From NCBI GenBank assembly GCA_963842945.1, contig CAWJIM010000021.1, forward strand, positions 128,001-192,000: a stretch of DNA of 64,000 bases, read 5' to 3'. Each line of letters starts with the position of its first letter. The stretch's first letter is position 1. Source of the stretch: an uncultured Gemmatimonadales bacterium (GTDB taxonomy: Bacteria; Gemmatimonadota; Gemmatimonadetes; Gemmatimonadales; GWC2-71-9). The translations under genes were made by a program, and so were the position numbers. Positions 9,926 to 18,904 of the stretch are shown here, one piece after another. The notes beneath the pieces were generated by a model. The model made no database searches. It saw only the letters and a list, made by a program, of their open reading frames with translations, and was not told the origin of the DNA.

Positions 9926-11746
9926 GTGAGCAGCCGCGACCGGCTGGGCGATTTCACCGCCGGTCCCCGGCTGCTGGTCCTATCGCTCATGGCGCTGGTG
10001 GTGGGGGTTATCAGCGCATTCGTTGCCCGGGCGCTGGTGTGGCTGATCGGCATCTTTACCAACCTGGCCTATTACCAGCGGTTCTCCTCCGAATTGGTCT
10101 CGCCGGCCGACAATCATCTCGGCTACTGGGCGGTCCTGGTGCCGATGGTCGGAGGTTTGATCATCGGCCTGATGGCCCGCTACGGCTCCGATCGGATTCG
10201 CGGACATGGAATTCCGGAGGCGATGGAGGCCATCCTGATCGGCCGGAGCCGCATGTCGGCCAAGGTCGCCATCCTGAAGCCGATCTCCTCGGCGGTCTCG
10301 ATCGGGACCGGTGGACCGTTCGGCGCCGAAGGTCCCATCATTGCGACTGGTGGAGCGTTCGGATCGCTCTTCGCACAGGGGTTTCACCTCTCTGCCGCCG
10401 AACGAAAGACCCTCCTGGTGGCCGGCGCATCCGCGGGTATGGCGGCGATTTTCGCGACACCGCTTGCGGCTGTCCTGCTGGCGGTGGAGCTCCTGCTCTT
10501 CGAGTGGAAGCCCCGCAGCTTCATCCCGGTGGCAGCGGCGTGCGCGATGGCGGCCGCCGTCCGGGTTCCCCTCCTGGGGCAGGGTCCGATCTTCCCCATA
10601 CCGCTGCACGCCGCCCTGCCCTGGCGGGAGCTGGCTTTCTCTCTTCCCATTGGCATCGTAGCGGGCTTCGCCGCCGGCACTCTGACCTGGCTGGTGTACG
10701 CGTGCGAGGACCTCTTCGCGCGGGTGCCGCTGAACCCGATGTGGTGGCCGGTCCTGGGCGGTGCGGTGGTCGGAATCGGCGGGCTGATCCAGCCGCATGC
10801 GCTAGGCGTCGGCTACGATATCATCGCAGGCTTACTGCAGGGCAAAATTGTCGGCTGGTTCCTGGTGAGCCTGCTGCTCACCAAGGCGATCATCTGGTCG
10901 TTCGCGCTCGGCTCGGGCACCTCGGGTGGGGTGCTCGCACCGCTCCTCATCATGGGCGGCGCCCTGGGGGCATTGGAAGCACACGTTATCCGGCCGGGTG
11001 AAAGCGGGCTCTGGGGACTGATGAGCATGGCCGCGGTGATGGGAGGAACCATGAGATCGCCGCTCACCGCGGTGGCATTCATGCTGGAGCTGACCGGAGA
11101 CTTTACCGCGCTGCCCGGGCTGTTGGTGGCCTGCGCGGCGGCCTACGGCGTCACCGTTTTGTTCATGCGCCGATCGATCCTCACCGAGAAAGTGGCCCGC
11201 CGAGGGTACCACGTGAGCCGGGAGTACAGCGTCAATCCGTTGGCACGGGTACGGGTGCAGGACGTCATGGAGCGCGACGTGCCCACTCTCACTCCGGAGA
11301 CGCCGGTGCAGGCGGTCGGCAACAGCATAGCGGCAGGAGATCCCAAGCTGGGTCACCGCCATGCCTGGCCGATCGTCACCGCCGAGGGTCGGCTGGTCGG
11401 GCTCATGACCCGGGGCGATCTGATGAAGGCGCTGGGCCGCCCCGATGCTGCCGAGCTGACGGTGGCAATGGCGGGCTCGCAAAAGCTGACCGTCACCTAT
11501 CCCGATGAGCTGGCCGAGGAGGCCGTGGCCAAGATGGCCCGGCTCAACGTGGGCCGGCTTCCGGTGGTGGATCGCAGTAACCCGCAAGAGTTCGTGGGAT
11601 ACCTGGGTCGCACCGGCATAGCCGCAGCCTGGCAGCTGCTGTTGAACGAGGAAGAGGTCCGGGAGGCGGGATGGCTCACGGCGCAGGGCCGGCTTTTCAG
11701 GATGCAGGTGCGCCGGGTGTTGGGCCGGTTCGGTTCAGGAGTTTGA
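9926..11746 (+). CDS. ClC chloride channel/transporter family protein with C-terminal CBS pair
   Basis: GHGIPEAME, GGPFGAEGP, GTSGGVLAP; CBS motifs VQDVMERDV and GRLPVVD. Confidence 0.92.
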   Translation: MSSRDRLGDFTAGPRLLVLSLMALVVGVISAFVARALVWLIGIFTNLAYYQRFSSELVSPADNHLGYWAVLVPMVGGLIIGLMARYGSDRIRGHGIPEAMEAILIGRSRMSAKVAILKPISSAVSIGTGGPFGAEGPIIATGGAFGSLFAQGFHLSAAERKTLLVAGASAGMAAIFATPLAAVLLAVELLLFEWKPRSFIPVAAACAMAAAVRVPLLGQGPIFPIPLHAALPWRELAFSLPIGIVAGFAAGTLTWLVYACEDLFARVPLNPMWWPVLGGAVVGIGGLIQPHALGVGYDIIAGLLQGKIVGWFLVSLLLTKAIIWSFALGSGTSGGVLAPLLIMGGALGALEAHVIRPGESGLWGLMSMAAVMGGTMRSPLTAVAFMLELTGDFTALPGLLVACAAAYGVTVLFMRRSILTEKVARRGYHVSREYSVNPLARVRVQDVMERDVPTLTPETPVQAVGNSIAAGDPKLGHRHAWPIVTAEGRLVGLMTRGDLMKALGRPDAAELTVAMAGSQKLTVTYPDELAEEAVAKMARLNVGRLPVVDRSNPQEFVGYLGRTGIAAAWQLLLNEEEVREAGWLTAQGRLFRMQVRRVLGRFGSGV

Positions 11747-11768
11747 CGCGACAACATGCCAGCTGTTC

Positions 11769-12758
11769 TTAGGGAACCAGCACAACGGCCCCCCGCACCA
11801 GGCCTTGCCGAAGACGGCCCAATCCCTCATTGGCCTGGCTGAGCGGCAGAGGCTCGGCCGCCACCTTCAGGGGGAATTCTGCGGCGAGCTTGAAGAACTC
11901 CTCACCATCCCGCCGGGTCAGATTCGCCACCGACCGAAGGACACGTTCTCCCCAGAGAATCTCGTAGGGAAATGACGGGATCGGGCTCATGTGAATCCCG
12001 GCGCAGATCACCGTCCCGCCTTTTCTCACTGCCCGTAGAGCCGTGGGAACCAGACTGCCGACTGGGGCGAAAATGATTGCCGCATCCAGTGGTTCCGGTG
12101 GCGTCTCGGTGGAAGCCCCGGCCCAGGAAACGCCCAGCTGCCGGGCGAATTCCTGCCCAGCAGCGTCCCCCTCTCGGGTGAACGCAAACACGCGCCGGCC
12201 CTGATACGCAGCAACCTGGGCAATCAGGTGGGCCGCCGCGCCGAAGCCGTAAAGTCCCACCCGCTGCGCATCGCCCGCCGCCCGGAGCGATCGGTAGCCG
12301 ATCAGACCGGCGCAGAGCAGCGGCGCCGCCTCGACATCGCTGTAGCTCTCTGGTAGAGGAAAACAATACCGCGCGTCGGCGACGGTGTACTCGGCGTATC
12401 CACCGTCGATCTGGTAGCCGGTGAACCGGGCCCGGTCGCAGAGGTTCTCCTGGCCCGAGCGGCAGAAGCGGCAGACCCCGCAGGTCCATCCCAGCCAGGG
12501 CACGCCGATGCGGTCTCCTTCAGCGAACCGACTGACGCCGGAGCCGAGAGCAGCGATGGTACCGACGATTTCGTGGCCGAGCACCAGGGGAAGTTTCGGG
12601 TGGGGGAGTTCGCCGTCAGTTACGTGGAGATCAGTGCGGCAAATGCCGCAGGCCCGCACCCGGACCAGGATCTCGCCGGGTTTTGGGTCAGAGATAGGGA
12701 TGCGAGCAGGTTGCAGCGCCTCCCCCGGCCGGGGAAGCACCATAGCGGCTCCAGCCAT
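11769..12758 (-). CDS. Zinc-dependent alcohol dehydrogenase family protein
   Basis: CRTDLH, GHEIVG, CGVCRFC..ENLC, GLYGFGAAA. Confidence 0.93.
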   Translation of the reverse strand: MAGAAMVLPRPGEALQPARIPISDPKPGEILVRVRACGICRTDLHVTDGELPHPKLPLVLGHEIVGTIAALGSGVSRFAEGDRIGVPWLGWTCGVCRFCRSGQENLCDRARFTGYQIDGGYAEYTVADARYCFPLPESYSDVEAAPLLCAGLIGYRSLRAAGDAQRVGLYGFGAAAHLIAQVAAYQGRRVFAFTREGDAAGQEFARQLGVSWAGASTETPPEPLDAAIIFAPVGSLVPTALRAVRKGGTVICAGIHMSPIPSFPYEILWGERVLRSVANLTRRDGEEFFKLAAEFPLKVAAEPLPLSQANEGLGRLRQGLVRGAVVLVP

Positions 12759-12766
12759 CCTCCAAT

Positions 12767-13432
12767 TTAGCGCGCCTTGAGCTGCATCCTCTGTTGGGTC
12801 TTCCGCTCCCGGCCGCGGCCATCGACGACGGACAGCTGAACGGTGTATGCGCCGGGCTTCAGGTTGCGAAGCTCCACTTCCCGCTCCCGCCGACTAGCCA
12901 CACCTTCGACCTCATCCTTGAAGTTGACGATCAACGTCTTGGGCTTGGCCGAGCTCTTCTTATTCTTGGCTACGCGCTGCTGGGTGATCTCCAATCGGCC
13001 CCGGTAAGCTGTGCCGGAAGGCAATCCACACACATCGTAGCGGACCTCGATGTCCGATCCCGCGGCCGCAGCGCCGACCGGCTCCATGAGCACCAGGAAT
13101 CTCGGAGTCTTGATCTTCTTCGACCCGGAGGACCCGGTCTCGAGGGCCGAAGCGCAGAGGGACCGCCCGCTGCCGGTAGCGCTCAAGGTGTAGCCGCCCA
13201 CCAGTGTCAGGGCTGCCGCTCCACCTATCATTCCGAGAATCCGGGGGTGGCGCTTGCCCCGGCGCCAGATCTCTGTGCCCTGACGCTTCCCGCTACGCCA
13301 GAGCTCTCCACCCTTGCGTCGGGCCTGGTTCCACCCGTCCCGCAGGGCGAGCTGCATTCCGTTGGGCTGGAACCGGCGCTTGAACGGCCGGGGGACCTCC
13401 GGCTCAGGAATTCTCAAAAAGGGCTGGGTCAT
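12767..13432 (-). CDS. Hypothetical bitopic membrane protein with Ig-like C-terminal domain
   Basis: Basic N-terminus, one TM (ILGMIGGAAALTLVGGY), beta-rich C-terminus LKPGAYTVQLSVVD. Confidence 0.55.
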   Translation of the reverse strand: MTQPFLRIPEPEVPRPFKRRFQPNGMQLALRDGWNQARRKGGELWRSGKRQGTEIWRRGKRHPRILGMIGGAAALTLVGGYTLSATGSGRSLCASALETGSSGSKKIKTPRFLVLMEPVGAAAAGSDIEVRYDVCGLPSGTAYRGRLEITQQRVAKNKKSSAKPKTLIVNFKDEVEGVASRREREVELRNLKPGAYTVQLSVVDGRGRERKTQQRMQLKAR

Positions 13433-13717
13433 GACGCTCCACCTCTGGACTCCGGGTTGGAATACTTGGCGGTAAGACAGCCCGACAGTGCAAGGATCGT
13501 GTAATTCACCCCGTGTGAACCGCCATCCTGCCGGTGCTGTTTGCCAATCCGTTTATGACCAACCAGATACGTCTTGAGAAACCAGATTTCACTCGCTGCT
13601 CCGAGCCGAAGCCCTGACGATTCCGGCCGTCAATCGTGCAACCGGCAGCATCCTCAGCGATACTCCTTGCATCGCCGAGACCATCGATCGCCGGGATTAG
13701 GAGCAGGAGAATCCTCC

Positions 13718-14341
13718 ATGTCGAACGACGACATCTACGCCGCAGGCCTGCTGAAGCTGGCGCTCGATCCCGAGACGCAGCCCGAGGCAATCCAAAGTTT
13801 TTTGCGGGCGGAGATCGATCTGCTCCGAGAAATGGTAGTGCCAGGAATGCGGGTGCTCGATGTCGGTTGCGGCACGGGACGCCATCTACTTCTTCTAGGT
13901 GAGCGCCTGGCCGCGGGGATCGGGGTGGACTACGAGCGAAGCTACGTGGTCGATGCCGCCCGGCAGGTCGGCCCCCTCCCGCTCTTCTTTCTTGTGGGAG
14001 ACGCGACCAGGATCCCGCTCGAGGGACCGTTCGATCTGGCCCTGTGTCTCACCAACACCTGGGGAACCATGAGCGACAAGGCGGGGGTACTCCGGGAAAT
14101 GCGCCGACTGGCTCCAGGAGCCGGCACCAGGTTTCTATCGGTCTACTCTCCGGCTTCCATACCGGCCCGGCGGGAGTGGTATCGGCGGCTGGGGCATACC
14201 GTGACGGAGGAGACGGCGGAGTATCTCGAAGGTGAGGGCGGATTTCGCTCCGAGCATTTTGCCGAGGGGCGGCTGCGGGAGTTGGTGGGTCACTGCAGCA
14301 TCCAGCCGCTGACCAGCATCGCCTACGCGGTCACCTTCTGA
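13718..14341 (+). CDS. Class I SAM-dependent methyltransferase
   Basis: VLDVGCGTGRH motif I, GDAT..LEGPFD; AGGAGA RBS before ATG 13718. Confidence 0.88.
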   Translation: MSNDDIYAAGLLKLALDPETQPEAIQSFLRAEIDLLREMVVPGMRVLDVGCGTGRHLLLLGERLAAGIGVDYERSYVVDAARQVGPLPLFFLVGDATRIPLEGPFDLALCLTNTWGTMSDKAGVLREMRRLAPGAGTRFLSVYSPASIPARREWYRRLGHTVTEETAEYLEGEGGFRSEHFAEGRLRELVGHCSIQPLTSIAYAVTF

Positions 14342-14364
14342 CCGGAAGCTCCACCGTCAGGAGC

Positions 14365-14805
14365 TCAGTGCGGTCCTATGCGAAGGCTCCGGGTGGCGAT
14401 GTAGATCTCGCGGAGGAAGCTCACCAGGCCGGCAAACAGGGCCAGCATCGAGCCGGTAAATATCAGGCTGATCGGGATGGCCACATTGGTCTCCAGGAAG
14501 GCGGCCATGAACAGCGCGATGATCACCGCACAGATGAGAAGGGCGCAGACGGTGCACAGGCTGATGGCCCGGTTGATCAGGCGGGCCCGTCGAGAAAGCA
14601 GGTGAAGCTCACCGTGCATTCGCTCCTGGCCCACCGGCTGTGCCGTGACCAGCCGCTCCTCCAGCACACGGGCCCGGTCGATGATCCGCGTCAGACGGTT
14701 CGTGAGCACGCCCAGCAGTCCACTGACCCCGCTGAGCAGAAAGACCGGAGCGACGGCCAGCTGGATGACATGCCCGAGGGCAGCGACCTGTGATTCGGTC
14801 TGCAT
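14365..14805 (-). CDS. DUF2721-like membrane protein
   Basis: IQLAVAPVFLLSG...TNRLTRIIDRAR...FLREIYIA pattern. Confidence 0.8.
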   Translation of the reverse strand: MQTESQVAALGHVIQLAVAPVFLLSGVSGLLGVLTNRLTRIIDRARVLEERLVTAQPVGQERMHGELHLLSRRARLINRAISLCTVCALLICAVIIALFMAAFLETNVAIPISLIFTGSMLALFAGLVSFLREIYIATRSLRIGPH

Positions 14806-14811
14806 TGGAGA

Positions 14812-15408
14812 TTAGGCCGGGGTTCTGGCCATCAGATCTTGCTCTGCTTGCACCGCCGCGCGTTCCCGCTCGATCCATCGGCTGAACCGTTCCAGCAGCG
14901 AGCGGAGCACCTTGCGAGTGACGTCGTCGGTGAGCCGAAGCTCGGCATCGAATCGGAGATGGGCCTGGGCCACGAGCAGCTCGGGCGGAGGGAGGGTCCG
15001 GGCATGCACGTGGGACAGAATCTGACGCAGATAATGCTGGGCCCGGGCGGTGCCGATCTGGCTGGGAGAGGCGCCCATGACGGCCACCGGCTTCCCCGCG
15101 AGTGGCGCTCGGCCGGGAAGCCGGGAAGCCCAGTCCAGCGCGTTGCCCAGGACGCCCGGTATGCCGTCGTTGTACTCGGGTGTAGCGATCAGCAGCCCAT
15201 CCGCCTGCTGGAGCGCAGCCTTGAAGCCGGCCACGCTCGGCGGATCGCCCAGTGCCTCGACGTCGGCGTTGTAAAACGGGAGCTCGCCGATCTCGATGGT
15301 CTCGACCAGCATGCCCTCGGGCGCCAGCTCGCGCGCCGCTTCGAGCAGAGCGCGGTTGTACGATTTCTTCCGGAGGCTTCCGGCAAATCCGATGATGCGG
15401 TCAGGCAC
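14812..15408 (-). CDS. NADPH-dependent FMN reductase (ChrR/YieF-like)
   Basis: GSLRKKSYNR, TPEYNDGIPGVL.NALDWASR, GKPVAVMGAS. Confidence 0.92.
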   Translation of the reverse strand: MPDRIIGFAGSLRKKSYNRALLEAARELAPEGMLVETIEIGELPFYNADVEALGDPPSVAGFKAALQQADGLLIATPEYNDGIPGVLGNALDWASRLPGRAPLAGKPVAVMGASPSQIGTARAQHYLRQILSHVHARTLPPPELLVAQAHLRFDAELRLTDDVTRKVLRSLLERFSRWIERERAAVQAEQDLMARTPA

Positions 15409-15580
15409 GTGACAGCCGGCCCGCGGTCATCCGGAAAACGACGAGCTGATGCTCGCATGCGGGACATGCCTCCAGGTGCTCCGCTACGGCCAGAGCGTCG
15501 GCCAGCTTGAGCCGGCTCACGAAGTAGTACTCCAACTGCAGCACGGTTTTTTCGCAGGTCCAGCCAGGGGGATATTCCAC
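15401..15580 (-). CDS. 59-aa stand-alone zf-HC2 (zinc-binding anti-sigma-like) microprotein
   Basis: Manual translation MEYPPGWTCEKTVLQLEYYFVSRLKLADALAVAEHLEACPACEHQLVVFRMTAGRLSRA. It shows a C...HxxxCxxC motif and AGGAAA upstream of the GTG, and overlaps the FMN reductase start by 8 bp. It is below the ORF-track length cutoff. Confidence 0.75.
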   Translation of the reverse strand: MEYPPGWTCEKTVLQLEYYFVSRLKLADALAVAEHLEACPACEHQLVVFRMTAGRLSRA

Positions 15581-15622
15581 GAGCGCAGTTTCCTAGCTCA
15601 ATGGTTACTGGTAGACGGCGCC

Positions 15623-16009
15623 TTACTCGAAGTCCGCCGCCGTGGGAGGCCGAAATACCAGATCGAAGGCCAGGAAGAGCGTCTTGGAAAAGGGATAGAA
15701 CAGGGCCGGGAGGACAACCATCAGCGCAATACCTCCGTACAGCAGCGGCGTCCACGGCGGGTTGGGCCAGGTGTACACCAGAATGGCCAGAAAGATGGCG
15801 GCGAAGATCAGCTCTGCCGCAATCATGTTGAACATGTACGCGCCGACCTGATATCCCTCTTCTCCCCGAGCCAACCGGATACCGCAGACGGGACAGCGTT
15901 CCTGCATCCGAAGCCAGTGTGAAAAGAGTGGACCTCCTCCGCAATTAGGACATCGCAACAGGGCTGCCCGTCCAAACAGCACCAGCGGCCGTCTCTCAGA
16001 GGTCGCCAT
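15623..16009 (-). CDS. DUF983-like zinc-ribbon membrane protein
   Basis: RCPNCGGGPLF...CPVCG followed by two TM helices and YPFSKTL. Confidence 0.8.
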   Translation of the reverse strand: MATSERRPLVLFGRAALLRCPNCGGGPLFSHWLRMQERCPVCGIRLARGEEGYQVGAYMFNMIAAELIFAAIFLAILVYTWPNPPWTPLLYGGIALMVVLPALFYPFSKTLFLAFDLVFRPPTAADFE

Positions 16010-16061
16010 GCCTCAGTATACCGGGCGGGCTCGGCTGCGCTACTCGGCTGCGCTATATGGA

Positions 16062-17327
16062 CTACTTCTTGGTCTTCGGCGTTATCCGCCAGAGCTCCCC
16101 GTTGTCCTGGTCGGTCACCACGTACAGCTCGCCCTGCGCGCCCTGACGTACGTCGCGAATACGCTGACCCCTCTGCTTGAGCAGATGCTCCTCGCCGGTC
16201 ACTCGGCCGTTGTCCATGCCGAGTCTGACCAGGCTGGTGGCGCCCATCCCACCGATGAAGAGGCTCCCCTTCCAGCCGGGAAAGGCATCGCCGCTGTAGA
16301 ACTGCATTCCCGCCGGCGCGATCACCGGATCCCAGTAATACACCGGCTGCTGGTACCCTTCCTTGGCGGTTACCGCGCCGGGAATGGGGACGCCGGAATA
16401 TTCCTCGCCATAGGCCTGGAGCGGCCAGCCATAATTCTTGCCCTTCTCGACCCGATTCAGCTCGTCTCCACCGTTGGTGCCATGCTCCACTTCCCACAGC
16501 TGGCCCTGCGGATCGAAGGCTGCCGCCTGCACGTTCCGGTGGCCCAGCGTCCAGATCTCCGGCCGGGCGTTCGGCTGTCCCACGAACGGGTTGTCCTCCG
16601 GCACCGATCCATCGGGATTGAGCCGGAGAATCTTGCCCATGTCGCTGTCGAGCCGCTGAGCCTGGGGTCTCATCTGCTTGTCCGATCTTTCACCCAGGGT
16701 CACATACAGCTTGCCATCGGGACCGAAGGCCAGGCGCGAGCCGAAGTGCTTGTCGCCGTCATAAGTCGGCATTGCCTGAAAGATCACCTTCACCTGGTCG
16801 AGTCTCGTCCGGTCCTCCGAGAGCACCCCCCTGCCGACACTGGTGGCATTGCCGCCGGTACGCGGCTCCGCGAAGCTCCAGTAGATGGTTCGATCGCTTG
16901 CGAACGAGGGACTCAGCGCGGCATCGAGCAGTCCACCCTGTCCCTTGGCTTCGACCTTGGGCAAATTGGCAATCGGCGGACCCACGTTCCCCGCGGCCGA
17001 GATCACCCGCATACGGCCGGGCCGCTCGGTGACCAGCAAATCTCCGCCCGGCAACGGCTCGACCGACCACGGATGTTCGAGCCCGCGCGCCACGACGGTA
17101 ACATCAAAGGCCACGTTCGACTTTTCCTCGCAGGCGCGGGTCTGCCCGGGAAAGGCGGGCTGCTGTTTCGACGCGTTAGGCTCTCGGCTTTCCAGCGGCT
17201 TGCAGGGGGCAGTGCCGCCGGCGCTGGAGTGCTGGCCCACGGCGGCCTTGCTCGAGTCCGAAGAGCAGGCCAGACCCGCGGCGACGATGCCGCCCAAGAA
17301 CAGAAGGGGATATTGTTGGTGAACCAT
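16062..17327 (-). CDS. PQQ-dependent soluble aldose sugar dehydrogenase (GSDH/YliI family) lipoprotein
   Basis: Lipobox GLAC, GLEHPW, GQGGLLD, HFGSRLAFGPDGKLY, GHRNVQ, EHGTNGGDELN, NYGWP, RIRDV. Confidence 0.92.
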   Translation of the reverse strand: MVHQQYPLLFLGGIVAAGLACSSDSSKAAVGQHSSAGGTAPCKPLESREPNASKQQPAFPGQTRACEEKSNVAFDVTVVARGLEHPWSVEPLPGGDLLVTERPGRMRVISAAGNVGPPIANLPKVEAKGQGGLLDAALSPSFASDRTIYWSFAEPRTGGNATSVGRGVLSEDRTRLDQVKVIFQAMPTYDGDKHFGSRLAFGPDGKLYVTLGERSDKQMRPQAQRLDSDMGKILRLNPDGSVPEDNPFVGQPNARPEIWTLGHRNVQAAAFDPQGQLWEVEHGTNGGDELNRVEKGKNYGWPLQAYGEEYSGVPIPGAVTAKEGYQQPVYYWDPVIAPAGMQFYSGDAFPGWKGSLFIGGMGATSLVRLGMDNGRVTGEEHLLKQRGQRIRDVRQGAQGELYVVTDQDNGELWRITPKTKK

Positions 17328-17429
17328 GATTCCTCATCCGGAAATGCGTAGCCCTGGCGAACAACGCTCCATATCGCCAAAGTATCGTCTGACCCGACAA
17401 CCGGAGCAATCCATGCTTGAGCATCACAG

Positions 17430-18512
17430 ATGACTCGGCTCCTCGCTCTGTTGCTCTGCGCAACCGCGGCCGGTGGCCCGCTCTGGGCACAGTCTCTGCT
17501 CGATCGGCCTCCCAATGTCTCCGGCGGATGGGTCTCACCCACCGGCACCATTCAATTCAACTTCCTGCATCGTTTCGTCCGGAGCGATGCGCCGGAGCGG
17601 AAGATCACCAGCTTTCCGACCTTTCTGGTCGGCACCGGCCTGCCCCACCGCACCATGATCGGGTTTCTCTACTCTACCAACTCGACCCTGGCTCCCCGCT
17701 ATCCCAACGAGTGGGAGTTTTTTGGACGATGGCTGGCGCTCTCGCAGGATGCCGGCGCCGCGGTGGACCTGAGCGGACAAGTGGGCTACAACCTGGCCGC
17801 AGAGGGTGTGGACGGTGAGATCTCCGTCGCACGGGCACTGGGCAAAGTGCGACTGATCGGGGTGACTCGGGTTTTGGAAGATCCATCGGGAAATGACGCC
17901 GACGTCGCGGTGGGCGGCGGATTGGTGATTCGAGTCCACCGGTACATTGCTTTGGCGGGAGATCTGGTCACCCTCACTGACCGTGACTCACTCCTGGGCG
18001 AAGAGGTGGCTTGGAGCGCCGGAGTTCAGCTGGCCATCCCGGGCTCGCCCCACACGCTATCGCTTCAGGCCACCAACACCAACACTGCCACTCTGCAAGG
18101 TTCCTCTCGCGGCACCAGCCAGGTTCGCTATGGGTTCGAGTTCACCATCCCGATCACCCTCTCGCGATACTTCGGAAAGCACCAGCCACCCCCGCCACCG
18201 CCGGCGGCGGCAGGACCGACGGCTGCGGGAGACACCTCCATGGCAGCCAGCAAGGCGTCGATCAAAGCAGGCATCAAGAGCCTGGCTTTCCAACCCAACC
18301 GGATAGAGATCACGGCTGGAACCACGGTAACCTGGACCAACAGCGATCCGCTGGAGCACAGCGTGACCGCGGCAGATCGAAGCTTCGATTCTGGATTGAT
18401 CAAGTCAGGCGGCACCTGGCGCTACACCTTCACCCGGCCCGGCACATACCAGTTCTACTGTCAGCCGCATCCCTTCATGAAGGGCGTGGTGATCGTGAAG
18501 GAGGGCTCATGA
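17430..18512 (+). CDS. Secreted outer-membrane beta-barrel-like (DUF5777-like) domain fused through a Pro-rich linker to an amicyanin/plastocyanin-type cupredoxin
   Basis: Signal peptide; FNFLHRF...HTLSLQATNT...YGFEFTI; PPPPPP linker; VTWTNSDPLEHSVT...YCQPHPFMKG type-1 Cu ligands. Confidence 0.8.
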   Translation: MTRLLALLLCATAAGGPLWAQSLLDRPPNVSGGWVSPTGTIQFNFLHRFVRSDAPERKITSFPTFLVGTGLPHRTMIGFLYSTNSTLAPRYPNEWEFFGRWLALSQDAGAAVDLSGQVGYNLAAEGVDGEISVARALGKVRLIGVTRVLEDPSGNDADVAVGGGLVIRVHRYIALAGDLVTLTDRDSLLGEEVAWSAGVQLAIPGSPHTLSLQATNTNTATLQGSSRGTSQVRYGFEFTIPITLSRYFGKHQPPPPPPAAAGPTAAGDTSMAASKASIKAGIKSLAFQPNRIEITAGTTVTWTNSDPLEHSVTAADRSFDSGLIKSGGTWRYTFTRPGTYQFYCQPHPFMKGVVIVKEGS

Positions 18513-18901
18513 GCCGTACCCATGGCCGGCTGGCGCTGGCGGGTCTGGCGCTGGCCGCGATTCTCGTCGCCTGCTTCTCCGAGCACTCGGAACCGGCAAC
18601 CGACAATTCGGCCTTGTGTAGCTCTGCCCCGGGCTCGGTCGTCAACGGATCGACGCTCGTGACCATCCATGAATTCGCCTTCGAGCCCCAGAACGTGCAG
18701 ATCCAGGCCGGATCCAGCGTCGTCTGGGTCAATTGTGAGTCCACGCCAACCGATCACAATTCCAGCAGCGATCAGGGCGCCTGGGACTCGCCCCTGCTCG
18801 CGCCAGGTGATGCCTTCACCCAGACATTCAGCTCGGCGGGCGCCTATCCTTATCATTGCGCACCCCACCCATTCATGACCGCGACCGTCACGGTCGAGTA
18901 G
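18509..18901 (+). CDS. Cupredoxin (amicyanin/plastocyanin-like) lipoprotein
   Basis: MSRTHG..LVAC lipobox; DHNS and YHCAPHPFMTA; ATGA overlap with the upstream gene. Confidence 0.85.
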   Translation: MSRTHGRLALAGLALAAILVACFSEHSEPATDNSALCSSAPGSVVNGSTLVTIHEFAFEPQNVQIQAGSSVVWVNCESTPTDHNSSSDQGAWDSPLLAPGDAFTQTFSSAGAYPYHCAPHPFMTATVTVE

Positions 18902-18904
18902 CGC

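Noticed and set aside
13433..13717. Possible riboswitch or leader peptide upstream of the methyltransferase
   Set aside because: Only a short pairing (CTGCCGGT/ACCGGCAG) and a 20-codon ORF without support; no SAM riboswitch consensus recognised.
15585..15640. TAGCTCAATGGT resembling a tRNA D-arm
   Set aside because: No acceptor stem, anticodon arm or GTTCGA T-loop at the correct spacing.
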